A stretch of 64,000 nucleotides of DNA, taken from assembly GCF_963506605.1 (NCBI RefSeq), contig NC_083278.1, positions 42,532,001-42,596,000 on the forward strand. The letters are read 5' to 3'. Origin of the DNA: Zootoca vivipara. Lineage: Eukaryota. Numbering within the stretch: position 1 is the stretch's first letter; each line of letters opens with the position of its first letter. The position numbers and the translations under genes were made by a program. Under the pieces are notes generated by a model. The model was not told the DNA's origin and ran no database searches. It saw nothing but the letters and a program-made list of their open reading frames with translations. Shown here in pieces: positions 26,149-38,643 of the stretch.

Positions 26149-28038
26149 CAAAATAAAAACTTAGTTGGTCTTTAAGGTGCTACTGAAGGAATTTTTTTAT
26201 TTTAGCTAAAGGAGAGAATACCTGTTGTACGTAGCTCTACAATAAACTATTTTTTTTTTGTTCAGCTCCTCATCACATAACATTACACCTTCTTCTTCTT
26301 CCTCTGTCACCACCTGTTGTGATGACTGCTGCCAGGTGGGCAGATTTTCACTTGCCCAGTTCTCTGGTTGAACTGGCCAATTGTCATACAAAAGGGGTCT
26401 TGATCCCCCCCCCCCGGTTTGGCACTTTTGGTGTTTTGCTGTTGTGGGAGTATTGTTCTTTTTTATCCATTCCATTTTGGTAAAGTGTCTGGCTGTTCTT
26501 CTCTACCATGAGATCATTAACAAGACATTTGAGGACTTATCTAAACACATAGAACAATCAAGATGAAGGTTTTCTCTGGCAGCAGTGGAGTGGACCCTAA
26601 TAGATTGTATCAGCGTTGTCACAGATGCTACCTTTGGAGCAGTTGTGCAAATCCTTCCCACACCCTCGGACTGTGTGTGACTTTTCTGCATATAGGCATT
26701 GGCTCTACTCTGGAGACAGCAAAGAGAGGAGAGAACAGGAGAACAAGGTTCTTGGCATCCTGTATACAAACAGTGAAGGAAAGAAATGGAGGTTTGCATA
26801 GACTTAGTTCAGAATTCCCCAGGCAAAGATTTGTGCCATGGGACAACTCTATGTTTAGTTTATCCTTGGGCTGCCCAGATTCATTTTAGCCAGATTAATA
26901 GATCTGCTTTATTCCATTTGGAAAATGAATGTTTGCATATGTTTTGCTCAGACCCATATGCCTTCTGCCCTTTGCTGCGCAGGTTGGGCTCTTCATGCTT
27001 CTGTGGGGTAGGGAGGGAGGATGAGATCAGTAGGGACAAGCCTAAAGAGTGACTCCTAGGTGAATATTACAATCTTTTTGGATTCTATGCCCTTATTGCT
27101 CCACCAGCAAGGCTCCACCCTCCCTCCAGAGTTTCTGAGAGATGAGGGTGTGTAGACCAGTGTCCTTTCATTTTGATCCTCCAACTTTACTCAAATGAGA
27201 CTTTCTTACCTTGTGCAACTTGCACATATTGCTGCAGCTGCACAGAAGGTGTTGCATCTTTGTCCCTAGACCACAGTTGTGGGTAGTTACAGTCCTTTGG
27301 TGGCTGAAGTGTTCCTGTTGGATTTTGTCTTGCACGTGTCTTTCAGAATGGTTTCATTCTACAATTCTGTTGCATTTTGTAATTCCCTCGGTCAAATCCA
27401 ATTATACTGGAACCTCATGCCAAACTCTGCAGGGTGCAGGGGAGAGGCTTGGAGGCAGAGGATGCTGAGCACGTACCACCATTCCACTCTGTGTTTGCAT
27501 GTTCCTTTCAGTTGGTTAACTCCTGTGGTAAAGCCTGCTCAGCTTTTCTATTTGATATTCAGATATGAAAATAAAAGTGATGCCGATTCTTAAACTTCTG
27601 CTGTGTAGTGTGGGCTGATTTGCATATTACAGTTCCTGTGTTCCAGTCAGTGCTTGGGAAGTTGAGTGAAAGCTGAAAGCTGATAGCTGATAGCTTTGAA
27701 AAACTACCAGAACTTCCCTTCCTCTTGATTAAGAGAAGGTAATGCATGGTAGGGCTGCTATTTAAAAAGGCCCAACCCCACGCTTGGTTCCCATGATTTG
27801 GGCCACATCTCATTATCACTCAGGGACAATTCCATATCTGATCAACACACTGGTTGTAAATTCTGAGGGCATCTCTTATAGAACTTAAACCAAACCCATT
27901 TCACCTCTTTGCCCATTATGTACAGAATTTGGGTCTCAGGTAACTTTCAGTACACACCTAGACAGGGTGCTAGATATGCAGATGGGAGGTGTGAACAGAG
28001 GACCCATTTCATAGACTTATTTAGTGACATATTGTACA

Positions 28039-28510
28039 CAGGGCCAGTGCTAGGGCTTTTTGCGCCCTAGGCAAAATCACCTTCTGGCACCCCCGGCACA
28101 TGCATCATGACGCATGTGTCATGCCCCATGCACAACGCCGCTGACGCTCCCTCCATAGGCGGGAGGAGCACAAGCCAAAAGAAGAGCTCAGCGCCCTCCC
28201 GCCTATGGAGGGGACGCTGTGAGCTCCTCAGCGGCTGCAGCGAGCGAGCGAGCAGTGGCAGCAGCAGCAGCAGCAGCACCCATAGCTGAAGCCTTCAGCT
28301 ACGGGCGCTGCCGCCGCTCACTCACTGCAGCCGCTGAGGAGCTCACAGCGTCCCCTCCATAGGCGGGAGGGCGCTGAGCCCTCCTTTTGGCTCGCGCTTC
28401 TCCCGCCTATGGAGGAGACGCTGTGAGCTCCTCAGCGGCTGCAGCGAGTGAGCGGTGGAGGCAGCAGCAGCGCCCATAGCTGAAGGCTTCAGCTGAAGGC
28501 AGCGGCCCTG
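28039..28510. mobile_element. GC/CpG-rich non-autonomous hAT element with internal alternating inverted repeats
   Basis: CAGGGCCAGTGC / GCAGCGGCCCTG termini; perfect 8-bp TSD ATTGTACA at 28031-28038 and 28511-28518. Confidence 0.85.
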
Positions 28511-28698
28511 ATTGTACAGTAATTTGTACAAATGCCAAGGGGAGCTGGGGAAAATGAGAATATATTGAGCCCTCGGGAGATCTCTCTGGGTGAGGCTAAC
28601 ACACAAGAATGAATCGTGGCCTGAGTAAATGCTGTTACAGATTATTAAACAGGCACAGTACTAGATATGCCAAAGATCCATTTGTTGTGGTAACATTG

Positions 28699-29017
28699 CA
28701 GACTCTCCAAGTGTCCCTATTTTCCAGGAATGTCCCTCATTTAGAGAAGCCATCCTGGTTTCTGATTTGATTCCAGAATGTCCCACTTTTCCTTAGGATG
28801 TCCCTATTTTTAACGGAGAAACGTTGGAGGGTATCCAACCCCCAAGCTGTCTGAAGGCAATCCTGTATAGGAAAGTTGGTTTTTAAAAAATGTTTAATAT
28901 TTTATTACATTTTTTATATGTTGGAAGGTGCCCAGAGTGCTGGGGCAACCCAATGAAATGTGTGGCTATAAATAGTAAAAATATTATATTTTCATCGGAG
29001 AAATGTTGGCGGGTATG
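28699..29017 (+). mobile_element. TIR element (CA(G/T)ACCCTCCAA family), composite copy
   Basis: Homologous to the reverse complement of 40967-41104; carries an extra L2-tail-like block at about 28850-28985; flanks ACATTG / GCATTG. Confidence 0.65.
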
Positions 29018-29103
29018 GCATTGCTAAACGTATTATGGAGTATAAAAATAGCCACCGCAAATGCTCTTAATCCCCACCCATGTAATCTTGAATATATCCA
29101 TCT

Positions 29104-29182
29104 TAACAATGTTCTTTGCTTACATCTAAACAAGATTATATGTAACAATGTTCTTTGCTTACATCTAAACAAGATTATATGT
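29104..29182. repeat. Perfect 39-bp tandem duplication
   Basis: TAACAATGTTCTTTGCTTACATCTAAACAAGATTATATG x2. Confidence 0.95.
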
Positions 29183-30356
29183 GTCCCCTTCTGAAAACTA
29201 TTTGTCTCTGCCACAACACTCAACCTGTCCCCTTGGGGATGGGTTATATAATTCAGTAGTATATGATACCCATTTTGCATGAAGAAGACCCAAGGAACAA
29301 CCCCTGGCATCTCCTGGTAGATCCAGGAAAGTCAGAAACCCCAAAGAGCTACGGCCACCCAGCCCACCCAGGCAGACCAATGGACTGTCTTGGTTTAACA
29401 CCAAATCCCATGTTCCAGCAACACATTGAAATTTGAAATGGTGCACCTGCTGCCTTGTACACATCAGTTGCCCTCTAGGGCTGATGAAATTGAGTTAAAT
29501 GCCCAGGCAGGGGGTAAAACTGGGTGTCTCTCCTAATGGCTGCCCATACCTGCTTAATGAAGCTCTCCCATTTGCAAATAGCTTCCAAGTTGGAGCTTTT
29601 ACTTTAACTCACAATAGAGTTGCCTTCATTAAGCAGCGCAAAGGAAGGGACTCAATTGATTTTAATACTATAAATCTATTGCGTACATATCCAAATATCA
29701 ATCAATCAATTTTTTGGGGGGGGGATCTCCGCGGCGAAAGCGCATAACTATGCCATAGCCCTATCTATAAAAGAAAGCATATTAATGCTTAACTCAGCAT
29801 AAATGTTTGGTTGCAGCCAATCTGCATGCCATGCTACATAGGCACACTCAAAGACAAATGATTTCTTAATGTGTGGAGACAGGGAATTGCTATAGGTTTA
29901 TAGCTAAATTCAGCAAAGTAATATTATATATGTCCTGCTATTAAGAAATTATGCGGTATTTCCTTTGTCTCTTCCACCCCAAAACCCTCCACATAAACAC
30001 ACTTCTCTGTAGTTTTACACATCGAAGCAAGAAAGGCAATCGGTAGCCCATAGGCTTACTAGACAATGGTGGTTTATTGTGTTTATCATCATTTTTATAG
30101 CCTGATCCACAGCCCAGTTAAGTTGATTTAAACCTCTTTCTTTTCAATGAGGCTAAATTGGCTCAAACAGAGACATTGGCTGTGGACTGGCTGACACAGA
30201 TATGCTACCTTACAGCATTTTAATGGTTCTCTCTTAGCTAGAAATGCAATTTTTGTGCAAATGCTGTCTTCATGAAATAATCAAAAAATGGATACCACTG
30301 TGAAAGAGTTAGATTACACCCAGGGTTTTTATTAATCTGGCCATAAATACATATAT

Positions 30357-30817
30357 TGTTATGATTTTGGAGGCTGGGGGTTAAACTGTATGCCGAGACC
30401 CTTCTAATTCCTAGAATAGCCAGGCTAGCTTCCTGGTGAGGTCATGGGCCATTGGGGGAACAAAGGGAGTGGCTCTGTGCCAGACAGCAAAGTCACTGGT
30501 AGTTAGAAAGACAAAGGCCAGAGTGGAGAGTGGAATTATGTGAGCTAGAAGGCAGAAACTAGAAGCTGGAAGCAAGGCAGCAGGCTGGGAAGGCAGAAAT
30601 TCAGAGCCATGCTTGATTTCTTCTAGTTATGGCTAAGGAAGAGGCAAGACCCTTTTGTGGTGTTGCTGTGAACCCCTCCATCATAGGCTCATATATGTGT
30701 AAATAAACCATATATCATAAAGACACCACAGTCTCCATTGTACCTCATGCCAAATGAAACATGCCCCTCCTGGACCCCTGAAAACTCACACCACTCAGCA
30801 GTTGGGGTATCATAACT
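30357..30817 (+). mobile_element. Probable solo LTR
   Basis: TGTTATGAT...ATCATAAC inverted termini, AATAAA at 30702, about 460 bp. Confidence 0.45.
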
Positions 30818-30845
30818 CTCTCTCTCCCGACACAGTTCAGACACA

Positions 30846-30972
30846 GGTATCTGAAGAAGTGTGCATGCACACGAAAGCTCATACCAAAATATAAACTTAG
30901 TTGGTCTTTAAGGTGCTACTGAAGGAATTTTTTTATTTTGCTTCGACTCAGACCAACACGGCTACCTACCTG
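30846..30972 (+). mobile_element. Solo PLE terminal-repeat fragment with hammerhead motif at 30846-30885
   Basis: GGTAT CTGAAGA AGTGTGCATGCACAC GAAAGCTC ATACC (5-bp stem I) followed by the same ~90-bp tail; TCTCCCGACACA direct repeat at 30823-30834 and 30973-30984. Confidence 0.85.
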
Positions 30973-30978
30973 TCTCCC

Positions 30979-30980
<2 letters not shown>

Positions 30981-31017
<37 letters not shown>
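30981..31017. repeat. (CA)n microsatellite
   Basis: About 18 units directly after the PLE fragment. Confidence 0.95.
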
Positions 31018-31020
<3 letters not shown>

Positions 31021-32454
31021 GGGAGAGGTAAACAGAGACATGATGCTGGATTAAGCACTTGTCAGGGACCTAAAATAAATGGTAGCTGAAAAGCCAACCT
31101 TGGAAGATGCTGGGCTTTGTGGGTAAAGTGGGGGATAAGAAGTTAATATTGTGCCGCTTCCTCCTCTTTAAACATTTTCCCCTACATTTCATCTAATCTT
31201 ACTTCCTGTACAATTTTAAAAAATTAGATCTTCTTAAAATGAAAACTGGAAAAGGGGGGGGGATCGTTAGGCTATGGCATTAATAAGAACAAAAAAATGA
31301 AGTTTAACAGCACAAGTTTTACAATTCCTAAAGTCTGCATGGAGTGTAAGTAAGTACACTGCTTAATTTGCAGTTTCCTAAACAAAAAGTGATTCTAAAG
31401 GCAACTATCCTTCAGAATTTGCACTTCTCCAAATTTTGTAGTGCAGTTCTACAGCCAAGCAATATATGCAAAAATGTTTATAACTGGGGGAAGTTTGCAG
31501 GAAAATGTATATATTACTGTGTATAATACACAAAAATGCATACCAAAATGTGCATATTTAAAAAGAAATTGCACTGAAACACTGATGAATCATTACAACT
31601 TTTTTTAAAAAAATCACAAACTGCTGGAGAAATGTGCACAGAACTTACGGGTGGGAAAATAAGAAACTGGAAGAAACTGAAATTGATAGATTTGTCTGTT
31701 TCTAACAAGGGGTTTCTCATGACCGCACACTGCAGAATTTTCTATGGATATATATGCAATATCCATCAGCTTCCTTCAATCAACAAACAGCTGTTAAAAT
31801 GTTCTATGGGTCAATTTTCATTGGAAAAGGAGTAACTAGAGGCAAATGGCTGAACAGAAAACTGAGGTGGCTCAGCCTTCTATGTTTCTCGACCTAAAGC
31901 ACTTGACTCTTAATCCTAAAAGTATCAGTATGTGAATGGATGACAGTTATTAAGAGTTTAGGAAATGATGTGCTGCATATAATCAGAAGCAGGACTCTTT
32001 ACTGCAATTTCAAAATGCTCCAGAATTGAGTTATTGCTTTATGAGTTCTGCCTTTTGATCCGTGGCTTAAAAGAAGCCCAGCCAATAGCCAAAAGTTGTG
32101 TTTTTAAAGTGGGTCGTTTATGGAGCATCATAGTGCTTCACTACTGTATTTTGTTTCAGAATACCAGTTTACTTTTCATTCTTCATGTTTATCAATTGTG
32201 TTACCTACTTTGTATCACATTTTTTCCCCTTCAGTTTCATGAAGTAGCAAATATAGTTAGGTAAATACAAATGTAGAATTCTTAAAATGGTTTTCAGGCC
32301 AAACCGGTTTTGTTGTTGTTACCAATTAACCTTGGGCTCATTCTCAGTGCCGTCAGAGCAGTAACAGAGCACAACATGACTTCTGCTCTCTGTATCCCGA
32401 CACCAGGTACCAGTACTAATGTGCACTTTGAATTTATGATGGAAACACCTTATA

Positions 32455-32800
32455 GCGGGTGGCACTGTGGGTTAAACCACAGACCTATGGCTTGCCGATC
32501 AGAAGGTTGGCAGTTCGAATCCCCACGATGAGGTGAGCTCCCGTTGCTTGGTCCCAGCTCCTGCCAACCTAGCAGTTCGAAAGCACACCAAAGTGTAAGC
32601 AGATAAATAGGTACTGCCACAGTGGGAAGGTAAACAGCATTTCCGTGTGCTGCTCTGGTTTGCCAGAAGCGGCTTTGTCATGCTGGCCACATGACCTGGA
32701 AGCTATACGCCGGCTCCCTCGGCCAATAATGCAAGATGAGCGTCGCAACCCCTGAGTCGGTCATGACTGAACCTAATGGTCAGGGATCCCTTTACCTTTA
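32455..32800 (+). mobile_element. Sauria SINE, near full length
   Basis: GCGGGTGGCACTGTGGGTTAAACC...GTTCGAATCCCC...CCCTTTACCTTTA. Confidence 0.92.
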
Positions 32801-35036
32801 CCATATATCAAATGCCTGAATGGAAGAATGTAGGAGATGGGGTGGCAGCATGCAGGGCAAAGGCAGCCTCTAAAATATTGAGGTTCCCCCACACTATGAA
32901 GGCCTTCAGAAGTCAAAAGCAGCACCTTGAATTCCTCTTGGATAGTGGCAGGCACTGTGAGAAAACACAACATGGGCTGTCCAAACCTCCCCATTGCACT
33001 GCTGGAAGCTGCCAAGGAACAGCTCCAGCACAGAACATGTCAGAGACAACAAGCCTGAAAGTCAAAGGTGTGATCAGTGTGGTAAGATGCACACTATCCA
33101 ATAAGTGGTGGTGGTGTGCAATAGATATGATGGGTGGGGAAAATATATTGCAGCTGTGTCTTTAACAAAAAGTAGCACAGGGGGGAGAGTAGTATTTCTA
33201 AACCTGTTCAGAGGAGGAAACATCATCCCATCAATCACAGCCCATCCAGCCCCTTTGAAAGTCCTGGTTTCAACCCCTGAGCTTTACCTCTAACTTCTTT
33301 AGCTTCTGTTTTGGTATATTGGTCCTACTCCAGATTTAGGTTCCAGACAGGACATTTTTGCCACAAAAAGTAAAGGCTAAAAGCCTCCATAAATGCATAA
33401 ATCAATGCACAAATCAATGTATGATTAGCTAGCCAATTTCTTCAGCCAGGATTTAGCTCAGCAGAACCCACACACTTGGAAGAATGAAAAAAAGAAAAGA
33501 AAAAGAGATCACATTCACCATTCATGTTGTTTAGTTGACTGGATTTGATATCCACTCTGTTTTGTTTACCCCTCTTGTCTTTAGCTATGTGGGCAAGGCA
33601 TGCCCCTTTCAAAATCCACTTTATTTTTTATTTTTAAAGTGGGGGGGGAATGTCTCTAAAGCATGCTAACTCTATCTCATTTTGAACTTTTGACCATTCT
33701 AATCAAGAAGTTGCTTTGCTTGCTTTGCATACTATTAGCATACAGATCTGCTCTTGTAAGACAAGTTATACAAAATCCCATCTATGTGCCACTAAGAGCA
33801 AACATAATCACAGCTAGCATTTTACTTTCATGCTTTTTACCATAAAAAGTATTTTCCTTTCATGTCTTTTCAAATCCACTTGAATAAGCTATACATTACC
33901 AGTTGCTCTCCCATCTGTCTCAATTTAGTCTCTTTGACAAATTACATTCTGGCATGAGGAATAAAATCATAATACCAAATCAGCTTCACTTATATAAGTT
34001 ATTAGCCATATTTTATTTACAATGGTGCTTTATTTAACACCTCCCTTCCTCTCCCTTTCCCCTATCAAATCCCACAGAAACTTTTTGACCGTACTATAAG
34101 CTTTAGAACAGTGGTCAGGAACCTCTGGCCTGTAGGCCAAGGACTTTCTGATCAGCCTTTTCTGAATCTCCCTTGAGTGCTTTAGTCTGGCTAGAAGGTC
34201 TCCTTAATGATGCTTTTTGCTTGCTTGGATAGAGAGATGTATGGATGCTGCTGGTATGGGGTAGTCGAGCATAGAAATATTTGGATTTGGAGTGGGTGAA
34301 ATGTTGCCTTCTGCACGACAATAAGCTTTGCATCCATTGCCATGCTTGATTTTGCCTCTGTCCCTACCCAGCACTGGCCTAGATCTCTGGAAGGATGGCC
34401 CACAAGGGGAAAAGGTTTCTTCCCCCTTGCGTTAGAAACTCTTGTTAAAATTCTGCAATGGAACATCCTGTCAACGTTAGAGATACTTTCACATTCTGTT
34501 TCTGTCTCCTGCAAACTATATCAGTTCTTACTCATGTCTGTTACTAAGTGGGAAATGTGTCCGCTTTTCAGCTTTTTAAGGCTTTCGGTGACATTGGCTA
34601 CAAGGTCTCATCATCTCATAACCTTTCCGAGAGTGCCCTTCACTTTTAGACAGCGTGCATTTATTTGTGCTAAATGCTCAACTGGTGCTTCCAGTATGTG
34701 AAGCATTTTCAGTCTTGCCTCTTCAGTTATGACAGGCTTCAGAGTGCCTAAGTTAGGTGCAAACTCTCGTCTCGAATTCATCATTTTAGATTTGTTCTTG
34801 CATTTCAAAAACCCAGCAGGCTGCAATCTGTTCTGGGATACATTTAACTCAGTTCTGATACTCTTGTGTATGTGCGTGTGATGTTTCTGGGACAGGAGAT
34901 TTAGAGCAGAGAATCAGCAAAGGACAGGGGAGGTGTGCTTAGCCCTTTCCTTCCCATTTCTTCCCTCCAATATCATGTTTGCTCAAGCAAAGCAAAGCCA
35001 AGCCACTTGGAGCTAACAAGAAATAATGAGCAAGTG

Positions 35037-35081
<45 letters not shown>

Positions 35082-35090
35082 CGTGTGTGT
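35037..35090. repeat. (CT)n(GT)n compound microsatellite
   Basis: Seen directly. Confidence 0.93.
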
Positions 35091-36163
35091 GAATACTGCC
35101 TTGTGATAGGTATTTGATTTTGTTTGCATTTTATTGAGAAACAACCTAGTTTGTACTGCTTGAACCAATATGTAAACCTTCAAAATTTGCACTTTCCTGA
35201 ATTTTGCAAGGCAGTTCTCTGGCCGAAAATTCATATACTTGGGAATGCACACACATACCGGTACACATATATAGATTTACTAGTGGAAATAACACACAAT
35301 GCATGTTATTAAAGGAAATTGCTTGCAAAATTGTGCATATTAGTCAGTCCTGCATCCAAAAATGTGTTGATTAGGAGAAACCTGCTCAATGATGAGAATT
35401 TTCATGAGGAGCTTTTTTTAAAGAATGTTCAAGTTGCTGCAGTGAAACAGAGAACTGAATTTCAGATTAGAAAAGTGAGGAACCAAATATGACAGCTTTT
35501 CCCATCCCTAGTCAGGTTTTATTGTCAACAACACAGCATCAAGCCTCATTTGTTCCTGTTTGTGTGAAATGTGGAGTTAGCCATTCAGCAATTTAAGGTA
35601 GCATTCTGTTTCAGGATTCAGATTTCTTATTCCATTCATCTAATTGTGGTCATTACACAATTTTACTACTGAGGACTGAGGTTGGGCATTTTTCTTTGGG
35701 CTTTTATCTAATTCACTTACTCTGTATGCTTTGGGTTTCTACAAACTCTTCCAAATTTCATCAGGCTCATTATGAAAGGAATTGGCCAAACCATTGTTTT
35801 CCAAGGGAAATGTCATTACAAGTGCTTATATTCCTAACTGAATGCAAGGCTGCACAAGGTAAATAACCATTCTTGCTTGAATGTAATTGTTGGCTGGCTA
35901 TTTATGACTCCTTGATCCAAAAGTATGCAACTGCCCAGATTTACCACTCTTCAGTTAATGTTAAGTTCGCCAGAATAGTCGTGCTGTTGCTAATTGCTGA
36001 TCAAGTCTGGTTTTTTTAAGAAATATTTTCTTAAACTGTGACGTGTGCTTCAGTACCAGCTGTTCTGTATGTGAAATGTTACAGACAATGTTGTGTGCAT
36101 GGATCAGAATGTGTGTGAGGCACCACATCTCAGCACAACCATGAAGCTCACTGAGAGGCCAGT

Positions 36164-36622
36164 CAGTAGTGGAGGAAGGGGTGTGTGGTGGTTGTGGGCC
36201 GCCCCGGTTATAATCACTGGGGTGGGTGGGTGTGACATAATAACAAAAATATGAGGGTATTTTTTAAATAAAATGGGCTCATGAAACTTTTTGCTTCAGT
36301 CAACAAATGCAACAAAATGTGGCTGGCACTGGGCGTCACACCATGGGGGCCGGCACTTACTGCAGGGCCTGCAGTGTGACCGAGCCATGCATCTCCTGGG
36401 AGTGACGTGGTGGCTTGGGCGTCTGCAGGCTTGGCGCTGCCTGAAACGGCAGCGTGGAGCTTGCGTCTGCCCACTGCCTTTCCCTCAGCCACCCTACAGC
36501 TGAAGGGGAGGCTGCGGAGAGGCTCCACACAGCGCGTCCCGCCCCCATGGTTGGCTCGCCCTGCCCCTGGCTGCAGGACACATGCAACGCACCAGGCACC
36601 CTAGCGTCTAGTTGTGCCACTG
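36164..36622. mobile_element. GC-rich non-autonomous hAT element
   Basis: CAGT...CACTG ends; 8-bp TSD AGGCCAGT at 36156-36163 and 36623-36630; left end resembles the element at about 60701-60820. Confidence 0.7.
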
Positions 36623-37013
36623 AGGCCAGTCATCCCCATTGCCACAGGATACAACCCTTCTCTTCATGCCATTTATCATTTCATTTCACTTTTAATTTGT
36701 AGGCCGTCTTTCTATATTACTATATACAAGGTGGTTTGCTGCAAAAAAATGTATACAACAAAGATCAAGCAACTTATAATAATCAATACAAAAAAGTTAT
36801 TGTAAAACATAACTTTAAAATGGAAACAACTTATATCAAATAAAGTAATATTCAAAATTAACTCTCAACACATCAGCAAATAATAATGAAACAGAAATTC
36901 ACTCTTATCAATTATATGTTCAATAAAAATAACTGCAAATCACAATGTATAAAATACCACAATATATTCAAAACCATGTAAAAGGATCAAATTGAGAAAC
37001 AAAGACACACAAC

Positions 37014-37016
<3 letters not shown>

Positions 37017-37098
<82 letters not shown>
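37017..37098. repeat. (GT)20(AC)21 palindromic microsatellite
   Basis: A GT run abuts an AC run with no spacer. Confidence 0.95.
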
Positions 37099-37100
<2 letters not shown>

Positions 37101-37829
37101 TGTAAAATATATACCAAACAAACCCTGAAATCCTCTTCTCACTTCCCAGCTGCTATTATTAAAGTCATGGCCTGGGAGAGGCTATTGCTCGGCCGGACTT
37201 GACTGAGAGTGGGGAAGGCGAGGCTCTTTCTCCCTTCTGTGCACTTCCTTGCTGAGGAAACTGACTTCTGCTGGATCATTTTAGAGTCTCTCTGTAGGTT
37301 TTCTATTGGTGGGACTTTCCCAATCAACATCCAGCCAGGAGCACCGTGGACAGCAGTTTTCAGTTCCTTTGTCATTTTAGTAAAGAAGTATGCAAGACAA
37401 GCCCTACCACTAAGTTCCTGGCTCCTTGTCATAGTATAAAGTCCACTGAACTGGGGCCAGGAGTCTGCATTTCATCTGAATCTTGAGCGTTTGGCACCCA
37501 AGGCTTGGCCTCTCATTTTAGCCAGGCAACAAGGGGTCAGGCTTGTCACCTGGAAATCCCAGAGAATCTGGCACCCACAGCTTTCCCCCTCATTCCATGC
37601 AGGCAATGAGGTCCAGCCACAGCAGAAATCCTAAACAAACTATTTTGCATAATTTTCCATGATAATATCCTTATACAAAGCTCCCTGGTGCAGGTCCAGC
37701 ATAGCCCATTGTCAATCTGTAAAGTGCACAGCAACCTGAGGAAGCCATTGTCCTGAAAACCCCAGTCATGCTTAGCTTGGGAGACTGAACAGTCCAGGTA
37801 ACCTATAACAACGGACAACACTGCTATGA

Positions 37830-38643
37830 AAGGTCAGGAAGAACCAGCTGTACAAATGTAAAAAAAAAAGAGGGGGAGGACACCTGGATAGCCAATAGTA
37901 CATGTGAAAAGGATCTCAGGATCTTAGTAAACCACATGCTTAACTTGAGTCAACAGTGTGATGCAGCAGCAAAAAAAGCTAATGCTATTCTAGGCTGCAT
38001 CAACAGAAGCCTAGTGTCCAGATCAGGCATCCCCAAACTCGGCCCTCCAGCTGCTTTGGGACTACAACTCTCATCATCCCTAGCTAACAGGACCAGTGGT
38101 CAGGGATGATGGGAATTGTAGTCCCAAAACATCTGGAGGGCCGAGTTTGGGGATGCCTGGTCCAGATCAAGGGAAGTCATAGTACCACATTATTCTGTAT
38201 TGGTCAGACCACACCTAGAGTACTATGTCTAATTCTGGGCACCACACTTTTAGAAGGATGTTGACAAGCTGGAATGTGTGCAGAGGGGGGCAACCAAGAT
38301 GTTCAAGGTTCTGGAAACCAAGCCTTATAAGGAATGGTTGAGGGAGTTGGGTATGTCTAGCCTAGTAAAGAAGAGACTAAGAGGAGATATGATAGCCAAC
38401 TTCAAATATCTAAAGGGCTGTCACATGGAAAATAGTGTTTTCTCCTGCTCTGGAGGCTAGGACCTGAACCAATGACTTCAAGTTACAAGAGAGTCTGACT
38501 ACTGTTTGACAGTGGATCAGAGTCCCTTGGGAAGTGGTGAACTTTCCTTCCTTGGACGTTTATAAGCAGATGTGTGCATTGCAGGAGGTTGGACCAGATG
38601 ACCCTTGGTGTCCCTTCCAACTCACAATTCTTTGATTCTATGA
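37830..38643 (+). mobile_element. CR1 LINE 3' fragment
   Basis: EKDL.I...H.LN.SQQCDAAAKKANAILGCINRS, RPHLEY and QR.ATKM motifs; ends TTCTTTGATTCTATGA (CR1 tail). Confidence 0.88.
38024..38159. mobile_element. hAT MITE (~135 bp family) nested in CR1
   Basis: TSD GTCCAGAT; removing the MITE restores the CR1 sequence. Confidence 0.92.

Larger units (their letters stand above)
25810..26202. mobile_element. Non-coding PLE-derived module: inverted terminal-repeat copy plus ~1.8 tandem 138-bp units, 13-bp TSD
   Basis: 25811-25943 is the reverse complement of about 25972-26103; direct repeat period 138 bp (25951 vs 26089); TAGCTAAAGGAGA at 25797-25809 and 26203-26215. Confidence 0.88.

Noticed and set aside
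25811-26202. CRISPR-like or satellite array
   Set aside because: Eukaryotic context, no unique spacers; the repeats are PLE terminal-repeat units.
28040-28510. CpG-island promoter (also 36164-36622 and 60700-60900)
   Set aside because: The GC-rich patches lie within TIR/TSD-bounded transposons and no first exon is evident.
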